From assembly GCF_000007145.1 (NCBI RefSeq), contig NC_003902.1, positions 1,477,436-1,509,435 on the forward strand: a stretch of DNA of 32,000 nucleotides, in the 5' to 3' direction. The DNA comes from Xanthomonas campestris pv. campestris str. ATCC 33913. GTDB lineage: Bacteria; Pseudomonadota; Gammaproteobacteria; Xanthomonadales; Xanthomonadaceae. Shown here piece by piece: positions 24,830 through 32,000 of this stretch (positions within the stretch are counted from its first letter, which is position 1; each line of letters opens with the position of its first letter). A model generated the notes under the pieces. That model made no database searches and had not been told where the DNA came from. It saw nothing but the letters and a program-made list of their open reading frames with translations. Both the position numbers and the translations under genes were made by a program.

Positions 24830-25582
24830 GTGTCTTCCAATTCCATCGCATTGGCCGTCATCGGCGGCACCGGCGTGTACAAGCTGGCCCAGCTCGACCA
24901 GGTGCAGACGCACGAGGTCGACACCCCATACGGCGCGCCGTCCGGCCCGATCCGCGTGGGCATGCTGCTCGGCCATCGCGTGGCATTTCTGGCCAGGCAT
25001 GGCGAAGGTCATTCGCTGCCGCCGCACAAGGTCAACTACCGCGCAAACATCGCTGCGCTGCAGCAAATTGGTGCCACCCGCGTGCTGGCGCTCAACACTG
25101 TCGGCGGTATCACCGATTCCTTCGGCCCGCGTGTGCTGGCCTGCCCGGACCAGTTGATCGACTACACCTGGGGCCGCATCTCCACCTTTTGCGAGGAGGC
25201 CGGCAGCGAGGTGCAGCATGTGGACTTTGGCCACCCGTATTCGCCGATGTTCCGCAGCAAGGTGATCGCCGCGGCCAAGGTGACCGGCGTCACGCTGGTA
25301 GCGGGTGGATGCTATGGCGCCACCCAGGGGCCGCGATTGGAAACGATTGCAGAGATCGCGCGGATGCGTCGCGACGGCTGCGATCTGGTCGGCATGACCG
25401 GCATGCCCGAAGCAGCGCTGGCACGCGAAAAAGGCCTGGAATATGCGTGTTTGGCGATCGTGGCCAACTGGGCGGCGGGCTGTGGCGACGCGCAGGAAAT
25501 CACCATGGCCGAGGTGCTGTCGAACGTGGATGCGGCCTCGTCCGGACTGCCGGAGCTGATTGGCGAACTTGCACGCGGGTGA
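24830..25582 (+). CDS. S-methyl-5'-thioadenosine / 5'-methylthioinosine phosphorylase (PNP family 2, 250 aa)
   Basis: IALAVIGGTGVY, FLARHGEGHSLPPHKVNYRANIAAL, RLETIAEI and GMTGMPEAALAREKGL are present. The start is GTG 24830, with AGAGG 5-6 nt upstream. The N-terminal extension in ORF 24764 is not protein-like. Confidence 0.85.
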   Translation: MSSNSIALAVIGGTGVYKLAQLDQVQTHEVDTPYGAPSGPIRVGMLLGHRVAFLARHGEGHSLPPHKVNYRANIAALQQIGATRVLALNTVGGITDSFGPRVLACPDQLIDYTWGRISTFCEEAGSEVQHVDFGHPYSPMFRSKVIAAAKVTGVTLVAGGCYGATQGPRLETIAEIARMRRDGCDLVGMTGMPEAALAREKGLEYACLAIVANWAAGCGDAQEITMAEVLSNVDAASSGLPELIGELARG

Positions 25583-25611
25583 TTGTCATCGGGGCATAAG
25601 CTTTGCATACT
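25583..25611 (+). promoter_or_regulatory. candidate sigma-70 promoter of the cold-shock gene
   Basis: TTGTCA (25583-25588), a 17-nt spacer, then CATACT (25606-25611). This predicts a 5' UTR of about 50 nt before ATG 25669. Confidence 0.4.
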
Positions 25612-25668
25612 CGGCGCGTACGCTCCGCCGTACACCACCCATTAATTTTGCAAAGGTCTCGCATCACC

Positions 25669-25875
25669 ATGCCGAACGGTACCGTCAAGTGGTTCAACGA
25701 CGCCAAGGGATTTGGCTTCATCTCACCGGAAGACGGCAGCGCCGATGTCTTCGCGCACTTCTCCGCGATCAACTCCAAGGGCTTCCGCAGCCTGCAGGAA
25801 GGCCAGCGCGTCAGTTATGACGTGACCCAGGGCCCCAAGGGTGCCCAGGCTTCGAACATCACGCCGGTTGAGTGA
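25669..25875 (+). CDS. cspA: cold-shock domain protein, CspA family (68 aa)
   Basis: [34 protein letters not shown] carries the RNP1 (KGFGFI) and RNP2 (VFAHF) motifs. Confidence 0.95.
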   Translation: MPNGTVKWFNDAKGFGFISPEDGSADVFAHFSAINSKGFRSLQEGQRVSYDVTQGPKGAQASNITPVE

Positions 25876-25898
25876 TTCACTCGATTGTGCGATTGAAG

Positions 25899-25924
25899 AA
25901 CCCCGCTTCGGCGGGGTTTTTTTT
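25899..25924 (+). terminator. rho-independent terminator after cspA
   Basis: CCCCGC-ttcg-GCGGGG (25901-25916, UUCG tetraloop) is followed by 8 T (25917-25924). Confidence 0.85.
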
Positions 25925-25971
25925 GCGCCGGTCCATGTCGGGCCGGTGAGGACGCAGACAGAGCACGGACG

Positions 25972-27243
25972 ATGCAGCAGACATTGCGAATTGCGGTAGT
26001 GGGATACGGCACGGCGGGGCAGGCACTGGCCGTGCTGCTCGGTGCCGATGGGCATCGCCTGGACGTGTTCGAGCGCGCGCCCGCGCCCGGGCCGGTTGGT
26101 GCGGGATTTCTGTTGCAGCCGAGCGGGCTGCAGGTGCTGTGGAAGATGGGGCTGCTGGAGCAGGCCTTGCAGCACGGTGCACCGGTGCGGCGGCTGTATG
26201 GCGAGACGCCCTGCGGGCGTGCGGTGATGGACATGCGCTACCGCGACCTGGATGCGCGCCTGATGGGCCTGGGCATGCAGCGCGGCGCGTTGTTCGCGTT
26301 GCTGCGCGATGCCTGGCCCGAGTACGCCAACCTGCACATCGGCACGCAGATCACTGCGATCGATCATGACGGCGTGCGTGTGCAGGACCAGCGCGGGCAA
26401 TGGCATGGCCCCTACGATCTGATCATCGCCGCCGATGGCTCGGCATCGACCTTGCGCGCACAGGCCCAGGGCACCCAGCTGGATCGGGTGTATCCATGGG
26501 GCGCGCTGTGGTGTTTGTTGCCGCGCGAAGACTGGCCGTACGTGGACGAGTTGCGGCAGCGCTACATCGGCGCACGCAAGATGATCGGGCTGCTGCCGGT
26601 TGGCACGCGGCCGGGCGATGACACGCCGCGGCTGAGCTTTTTCTGGAGCCTGCCCTGCAGCGATTTCGCTGCATGGGAAACCCGCGGCATGGACGCCTGG
26701 CGCGAAGAAGTGGCGCAGATGTGGCCGGACGCGCTTGCGCGCCTGCAGACCGTGCAGGTGCATGGCGCCTTGGCGCGCGCCAGCTACCGCGACGCGGTGG
26801 TGTCGCGCTGGCACCGCGGCCGCTTTGCGCTGGCCGGCGATGCCGCGCACGCGATGAGCCCGCAGCTGGGGCAGGGCGTGAACATGGCGCTGCTGGATGC
26901 ACTGGCGATGCGCGATGCCTTGCGCGCCGGCGCGGATCTGGATGCCGCATTGCAGGGCTACCAACGCGAACGCCAGGCGCATGTGGCGATCTATCACCGC
27001 TGGAGTCGCTGGCTCACGCCGCTGTTCCAGTCCGAGCGCGATGTGTGGGCGCGCGGACGCGATCTGTTGCTGCAGCCGATGGGCCGCGTGCCGGGTGGGC
27101 GCGGCCACATGCTGCGCGTGCTCAGCGGCACCCAGCACGGCTGGTTCGGCAAGCTCGCGCTGGACCCGGCGTTCGTCGATGCATTGGCGCAACCGGTGCC
27201 GGTGCCAAGTTCGAGTAATGCAGGAGATGGCATGGCTGCGTAG
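25972..27243 (+). CDS. FAD-dependent aromatic-ring monooxygenase family protein (UbiH/salicylate hydroxylase-like, 423 aa)
   Basis: The dinucleotide fold is RIAVVGYGTAGQALAVLL. DLIIAADGSAS is the DG motif. GDAAHAMSPQLGQGVNMALLDA is the GD motif. Confidence 0.8.
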   Translation: MQQTLRIAVVGYGTAGQALAVLLGADGHRLDVFERAPAPGPVGAGFLLQPSGLQVLWKMGLLEQALQHGAPVRRLYGETPCGRAVMDMRYRDLDARLMGLGMQRGALFALLRDAWPEYANLHIGTQITAIDHDGVRVQDQRGQWHGPYDLIIAADGSASTLRAQAQGTQLDRVYPWGALWCLLPREDWPYVDELRQRYIGARKMIGLLPVGTRPGDDTPRLSFFWSLPCSDFAAWETRGMDAWREEVAQMWPDALARLQTVQVHGALARASYRDAVVSRWHRGRFALAGDAAHAMSPQLGQGVNMALLDALAMRDALRAGADLDAALQGYQRERQAHVAIYHRWSRWLTPLFQSERDVWARGRDLLLQPMGRVPGGRGHMLRVLSGTQHGWFGKLALDPAFVDALAQPVPVPSSSNAGDGMAA

Positions 27244-27338
27244 TGACGTGCAGCGGCAGTCGCCGTGCGGTTGGCTTCACTGATGAAGTGAAGTTGGTGC
27301 GCCGCACGCGCACTGTTGCATCAACGCGATGCGCGTTG

Positions 27339-27983
27339 TCACCGGACCGGCAGCGCCATCGCATCGCCCTCGACGCAGGCAACCAGGCGTTCGCCTTCGA
27401 CCAGGGTCGGCACGATGCCGGCAGTGAAGTGCGAGAACGCCGGCAGGATGGTCACGCCGTCGCGCAACCAGAATGCTGGCCAGCGGCGCGACAGGCCGGG
27501 CAGCGCCGCCAACGGATGCAGGTGGCCGCACAGCACGTGGCGGCTGGGATGCGGGAGCGGGTCATGGCGCAGCAGGAACGGGCCATCTTCCACCTGTTCG
27601 CCGGCCGCTTCGATGTGCAGATCGGCCCCTGCCAATGCGCGGTCGTGATTGCCGCGGATTGCAATCACCTGCAGGGCGCAATGGCGCTCGCGCCAGGCGC
27701 TCCAGCGGCGGTGCCAGGCCGCGCGCGGTGCCGGCCCATGCAGCAGGTCGCCCAGAATCCAGAGCGCGTCCACCGGGCGCGATGCCAGCAACGCGTCCAG
27801 CCGCTCCAGATCGTGTTCGGTGCCGCCCGCAGGCAAGCCGATGCCGGCACGCCGGAACACATCGGCCTTGCCCAGATGCAGATCGGCGATCAGCAATGCG
27901 CGCTGCGCGGGCCGATACAGCGCACGCTCGCCGAGCAGCTCTACCGGCTCGCCTGCCAGAGTGAGGTGCACGCTATCGGCCAT
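27339..27983 (-). CDS. pdeM: ligase-associated DNA damage response metallophosphoesterase PdeM (214 aa)
   Basis: The calcineurin-like motifs are LIADLHLGK, WILGDLLHG, IRGNHD and CGHLHP. ATG 27983 overlaps the helicase stop (27973) by 11 nt. Confidence 0.8.
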   Translation of the reverse strand: MADSVHLTLAGEPVELLGERALYRPAQRALLIADLHLGKADVFRRAGIGLPAGGTEHDLERLDALLASRPVDALWILGDLLHGPAPRAAWHRRWSAWRERHCALQVIAIRGNHDRALAGADLHIEAAGEQVEDGPFLLRHDPLPHPSRHVLCGHLHPLAALPGLSRRWPAFWLRDGVTILPAFSHFTAGIVPTLVEGERLVACVEGDAMALPVR

Positions 27984-30465
27984 GCTTGCGTTCCAGTTGC
28001 GCGGCTGCACGCAGCACGCGTGCTTTCCAGTCTTCGGTACTGAGTTGCCCACGCACGCGCTCGGCCCACAGCGGAAACGACAGCGGCGTCAGGCTGCGCG
28101 GCGTGCACAGGCGCAAGACGCGCGCTGCGCAGTCTTCCAGCGCACTGGCCAGGCGCGCGAATTCCAGCTGGCCTTCGAAGACTTCGCGCTCGGCCTGGGC
28201 CAGCAGCAGGTGTTCCGGGTCGAAGCGCTGCAGCACGTCGTACAACAGGCCACTGGAGGCCTGCAGCTGGCGCAGGCTGCGCGGCGCACGCCCAGGCAGC
28301 GATGGCGAGAGCAGCCCGGCGACGCGCGCAATCTCGCGAAACTGCCGGCGTGCCAGCTCGCCCAGATTGAGGCTGTCGCGCAGGTCCTCGAACAGCCGTG
28401 CCGGCGACAGCAATTCCTGCAGCAGCGCGGCATCCACCGGCACGTCCTGCGCTGGCGACAGCACAAACCCGTAATCGTTGGCTGCAAAGCTGAAGGTGTT
28501 GCGCTGCCGCCGGCCCCAGCGCGCAGCCAGCAATGCGGCCAGACCTTCGTTGACCTGGCGGCCTGCGAACGGGTACACGAACAGGTGGCGGCCATCGCGC
28601 GCCTTGATGGTTTCCACCAGCAGATGGCCGGGGCCGGGCAGTGCGGACAGGCTGGACTGCAACTGCAGCAACGGCGCCAGGGTGTGCATTTCCGGCGCGT
28701 CGCCGGGATCGGCGAACACCGCCTCCACCTCGCGCCCCAACGCCGAGGACAACGGCATCCTCCCGCCCATCCACTTGGGCACTACTCCGCTGCCGCCCTT
28801 GGCGATGCGCACGTAGGCGGTCATGTCTTCCAGCCGCACCAGTTCCAGCAAGCGCCCGGCGAACTGGAAGCGGTCGCCGCGCTTGAGGCGACCGACGAAC
28901 TGTTCTTCCACCGCGCCCAGCCGGCCGCCGCGCAGGAACTGCACGCGCACGCTGCCATCGCTGGTGATGGTGCCGATCGACAGGCGATGCCGCAGCGCCA
29001 CGCGCCGGTCGGTGACGCGGTAGATGCCGGCGTCGTCGCGCACCACCTTGTGGAAATCGGGGTAGTGCGCGAGCGCGCTGCCGCCTTGCACGATGAAGTC
29101 GAGCACGGCCTGCCAGGTGGCCTCATCGAGTGTGGCGAAGGCATCGGTACCGCGGACTTCGCGCAACAACGCATCGGCCTGGAAACCGCCGCCCAGTGCC
29201 AGGGTCACGCAATGCTGGGCTAGCACGTCCAATGAAAGCCGCGGTGGCGGGCGTGTCTCGATCTGCCCCTGTGCAATCGCGCGCCGCGCAGCCGCATATT
29301 CCAGCAATTCCAGCGCATGCGAGGGCACGCACACCACATGGCCGGATTCGCCCGGGCGGTGCCGTGCACGGCCGGCGCGTTGCAGCAGGCGTGCGATGCC
29401 CTTGGGGCTGCCGACTTGCAGCACCTGATCCACCGCCGGAAAGTCCACGCCCAGGTCCAGGCTGGAGGTGGCCACCACGCAACGCAGGCTGCCATCGCGC
29501 AGGCCGTGTTCGGCCGCGGTGCGCAGCGCCGGATCCAGCGAGCCATGGTGCAGCGCCAGTGTGGCCGCATCCTCCGGCCACACTGCGCTCAGCGCCTGGT
29601 GCCAGAGTTCGGCCTGCGCGCGCGTGTTGGTGAACACCAGGCTGGTGCGTTGTTCCATCAGTTTGTGCAGCACGCGCGCCAGTTGCGCCAGACCGAGATG
29701 GCCGGCCCACGGGAAGCGCTCGCCGGTCTCGGGCAGCAGCGTTTCCAGGGTCATGGCGCGTGGCTTGACCCCCGACACCAAGGCCGCGTCCGGTTGATGC
29801 GGCAGCAGCACATCGCGTGCCTGCGCCAGGTTGCCCAGCGTGGCCGACAACCCCCAGATGCGCAGCGCCGGTGACCAACTGCGCAGGCGCGCCAGGCACA
29901 GTTGCAACAGCACGCCGCGCTTGTTGCCGAGCAGCTCGTGCCACTCGTCGACGATCACGCAGCGCAGCGCCGCCAACTGCGGCGCGGTATCCGGATACGA
30001 CAGCAGCAAGGCCAGCGATTCGGGCGTAGTGACCAGGACATCGAGCTTGCCGCTGCGGGCCAGGCGTTTGTCGCGCGCGCTGGCGTCGCCGGTGCGCAGG
30101 CCCACCTGCCAATCCAGGCCCAAGGCCTCCACCGGTTCGCGCAGGGCACGCGCGGTATCGGCAGCGAGTGCGCGCAGCGGGGTGATCCACAGCACCTGCA
30201 GGCTACGCTGCGGCTGCCGCCGGCCACGTGCCACCGCCGTGGCCGGCGGTGTGCGTCCGCGTGCGGCCAGCGCTTCCAGCAGCGGGCCGCCAAATGCCGC
30301 CAGGGTCTTGCCGCTGCCGGTTGGGGTGTGCAGCAGGCCGGATTCGCCATCCAGATAGCGCTTCCAGACATCGCGTTGAAACGGCAATGGCGCCCAGCCG
30401 CGCTGCGCAAACCAGGCCCGCCATTGCTGCAACGGCGTGCCGCGCTGTGGCGGTGCCGGGCTCAC
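27973..30465 (-). CDS. ligase-associated DExH-box helicase (Lhr-core-like, 830 aa)
   Basis: Motif I is HTPTGSGKTLAAF and motif II is VIVDEWHELL. Motif VI is LQRAGRARHRPG. A long C-terminal domain typical of Lhr-like proteins follows. ATG 30465 overlaps the ligase stop by 4 nt. Confidence 0.9.
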   Translation of the reverse strand: MSPAPPQRGTPLQQWRAWFAQRGWAPLPFQRDVWKRYLDGESGLLHTPTGSGKTLAAFGGPLLEALAARGRTPPATAVARGRRQPQRSLQVLWITPLRALAADTARALREPVEALGLDWQVGLRTGDASARDKRLARSGKLDVLVTTPESLALLLSYPDTAPQLAALRCVIVDEWHELLGNKRGVLLQLCLARLRSWSPALRIWGLSATLGNLAQARDVLLPHQPDAALVSGVKPRAMTLETLLPETGERFPWAGHLGLAQLARVLHKLMEQRTSLVFTNTRAQAELWHQALSAVWPEDAATLALHHGSLDPALRTAAEHGLRDGSLRCVVATSSLDLGVDFPAVDQVLQVGSPKGIARLLQRAGRARHRPGESGHVVCVPSHALELLEYAAARRAIAQGQIETRPPPRLSLDVLAQHCVTLALGGGFQADALLREVRGTDAFATLDEATWQAVLDFIVQGGSALAHYPDFHKVVRDDAGIYRVTDRRVALRHRLSIGTITSDGSVRVQFLRGGRLGAVEEQFVGRLKRGDRFQFAGRLLELVRLEDMTAYVRIAKGGSGVVPKWMGGRMPLSSALGREVEAVFADPGDAPEMHTLAPLLQLQSSLSALPGPGHLLVETIKARDGRHLFVYPFAGRQVNEGLAALLAARWGRRQRNTFSFAANDYGFVLSPAQDVPVDAALLQELLSPARLFEDLRDSLNLGELARRQFREIARVAGLLSPSLPGRAPRSLRQLQASSGLLYDVLQRFDPEHLLLAQAEREVFEGQLEFARLASALEDCAARVLRLCTPRSLTPLSFPLWAERVRGQLSTEDWKARVLRAAAQLERKHGR

Positions 30466-32000
30466 CGCGCCAGTGCCTGCAGGCTGCTCAGGTGGTCGGC
30501 CTCGGCGAAGGGTTTGTCATGGCGCCAGCGCAGGATGCGCGGGAAGCGCACCGCAATGCCGGACTTGTGCCGCGTGCTGCGATTCACGCCTTCAAAGCCC
30601 AGTTCGAACACATGGTGCGGCGTGACCGCGCGCACCGGCCCGAAGCGCTCGGTGGTGTTGGCGCGGATCCAGCGATCCAGTTGCAGGATCTCGGTATCGT
30701 CCAGGCCCGAATACGCCTTGGCGATGGGCACCAGCGCGCCGTCGTGCCAGAGCCCGAAGGTGTAGTCGGTGTACAGCGTGCTGCGCCGGCCATGGCCGGC
30801 CTGTGCGTACAGCAACACCGCATCGATGGTCAGTGGGTCGATCTTCCACTTCCACCAGTCGCCACGGCGGCGGCCGGATTGGTAGGGCGAACGCGCGCGC
30901 TTGAGCATCAGCCCTTCAACGCCGCGCGCACGTGCATCCAATCGCACTTGCGCGGCGGCCTGCCAATCGGTGGAGTGCACCAGCGGCGAGGCGATGATGC
31001 GTGGGTCGGCGAGGGTGGCGAGCACGCGCTCCAGTAGTGCGCGGCGTGCGTGCAGCGGGCGCTCGCGCAGGTCTTCGCCGTCCAGTTCGAGCAGGTCGTA
31101 GGCGACCACGCGCGCTGGCGCCGCCGCCAGCGTCTTGGGCCCGGGCTTGAGCCGCTGGATACGCGTCTGCAGCGCGGTGAACGGCATCGGCAACAGTTGC
31201 TCTGGTTGCCAGGCCAGCAGCTCGCCGTCGATCACGGTGCCGTCTGGCAAGCCCATGGCAGCCTGCTCGATCTCTGGAAAGCGGCCATCCAGGCGTTCTT
31301 CGCCACGCGACCACAGCGCCGCTTCACCCGCACGACGCAACAGCTGCAGCCGGATGCCATCCCACTTCCATTCCAGCAGCCAGTCGTCGATGGCGCCCAG
31401 GCTCTCGACATCGGCCTCCAGCGGCGATGCCAGAAAAAACGGGTAGGGCTGCTGGCGGTCGCCGGGCAGCGCCTCATGCGTGAGCAGGTCGGCCACATAC
31501 GTGGCATGCGGGCGCCAGCTGCCGAGCATGCGCTGGGCAATGCGTGCGATATCCACGCCCGACAGTTCTGCCAGCGCCTGCTGCACCAACCGTTGCGACA
31601 CACCCACGCGCAGGGCGCCGGTCAGCAACTTGTTGAAGACCAGGCGTTCGTCGAAGGCCAGCGTGCGCCACGCCTGCACGATGCAGTGCTTGCGCACCGC
31701 CACGTCTTGATTGGCGATCGGCAGCAGGCGTTGTTCAATCCACTCGGCCAGTGACACATCCACCGCCTCGCTGGCTGGATCATCCAGCAGCAATGCCAGT
31801 GTTTCGGCCAGATCGCCCACGTGATCGTAGCTGTCGGCTACCAGCCAGTCGGCGATCCCGGCGGCCTCGGCGATCCACTCGCGCAACTCGCCGCTGGCGG
31901 CGATGCGCATGCGCGCACTGGCCACCTTGCCACCCGCCAACAGATACAGCGCCCAGGCCGCATCCAGCGGCGGCGCTGCGCGGAAATACGCCACCAAGGC
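30462..32000 (-). CDS. ATP-dependent DNA ligase (ligase-associated damage-response type), N-terminus beyond the window edge
   Basis: The adenylation motif I is EWKWDGIR (Lys codon 31365-31367). Later nucleotidyltransferase and OB-domain motifs are present (EGLMLK, WWKWK). The frame stays open to nt 32000, so the TTG at 31997 is not the true start. Confidence 0.9.
   Translation of the reverse strand, partial: ALVAYFRAAPPLDAAWALYLLAGGKVASARMRIAASGELREWIAEAAGIADWLVADSYDHVGDLAETLALLLDDPASEAVDVSLAEWIEQRLLPIANQDVAVRKHCIVQAWRTLAFDERLVFNKLLTGALRVGVSQRLVQQALAELSGVDIARIAQRMLGSWRPHATYVADLLTHEALPGDRQQPYPFFLASPLEADVESLGAIDDWLLEWKWDGIRLQLLRRAGEAALWSRGEERLDGRFPEIEQAAMGLPDGTVIDGELLAWQPEQLLPMPFTALQTRIQRLKPGPKTLAAAPARVVAYDLLELDGEDLRERPLHARRALLERVLATLADPRIIASPLVHSTDWQAAAQVRLDARARGVEGLMLKRARSPYQSGRRRGDWWKWKIDPLTIDAVLLYAQAGHGRRSTLYTDYTFGLWHDGALVPIAKAYSGLDDTEILQLDRWIRANTTERFGPVRAVTPHHVFELGFEGVNRSTRHKSGIAVRFPRILRWRHDKPFAEADHLSSLQALAR

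Noticed and set aside
1-32000. A search for mobile elements, CRISPR arrays, tRNA/rRNA genes, toxin-antitoxin pairs or defence-island signatures.
   Set aside because: I recognised no transposase, integrase or phage ORFs, no regularly spaced repeats, no tRNA-like cloverleaf sequence in the intergenic gaps, and no compositional island. The window looks like conserved housekeeping chromosome.

Overview
This window looks like GC-rich core chromosome of a Xanthomonas-like gammaproteobacterium. That assignment is an inference from gene order and protein sequences and is not database-verified. I support about 31 protein-coding genes. I saw no rRNA, tRNA, CRISPR array, IS/transposase, integrase or phage genes. 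Gene order: valine-catabolism genes (crotonase, 3-hydroxyisobutyryl-CoA hydrolase, mmsB); a ~550-bp ORF-less gap; a CDF metal exporter; a fadB-like gene (-); rpoE / anti-sigma / mucD(degP); lepA-lepB-small membrane protein-rnc-era-recO; a REC-Hpt phosphorelay protein (-); rlmD; a secreted hypothetical (-); a CYTH protein; a DsbA-like protein, a renalase-like oxidoreductase and an Fe-S type (6-4) photolyase/cryptochrome; nagZ-hpt-MTA/MTI phosphorylase; cspA; an FAD monooxygenase; and on the minus strand pdeM, an Lhr-like helicase and an ATP-dependent ligase, truncated at the window end. The rpoE-to-recO block has the same synteny as Pseudomonas algU-mucABCD-lepAB-rnc-era-recO, but mucB and mucC are absent. 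I do not see a convincing, wholly new multi-gene system here, and the region reads as housekeeping rather than accessory. The items most worth follow-up are: (1) two long hairpin elements built from GGGAATC heptads that bracket lepA, whose mismatches are G-U-compatible only in the + sense; (2) the photolyase cluster, with two post-hoc ECF-like promoter candidates; (3) the poorly characterised ligase-associated repair operon; (4) an orphan REC-Hpt protein; (5) a lipobox on the MucD/DegP homologue; (6) a 20-bp inverted repeat in the CDF exporter promoter. Many long ORFs in the supplied track are antisense or out-of-frame shadows typical of high-GC DNA, and I rejected them.
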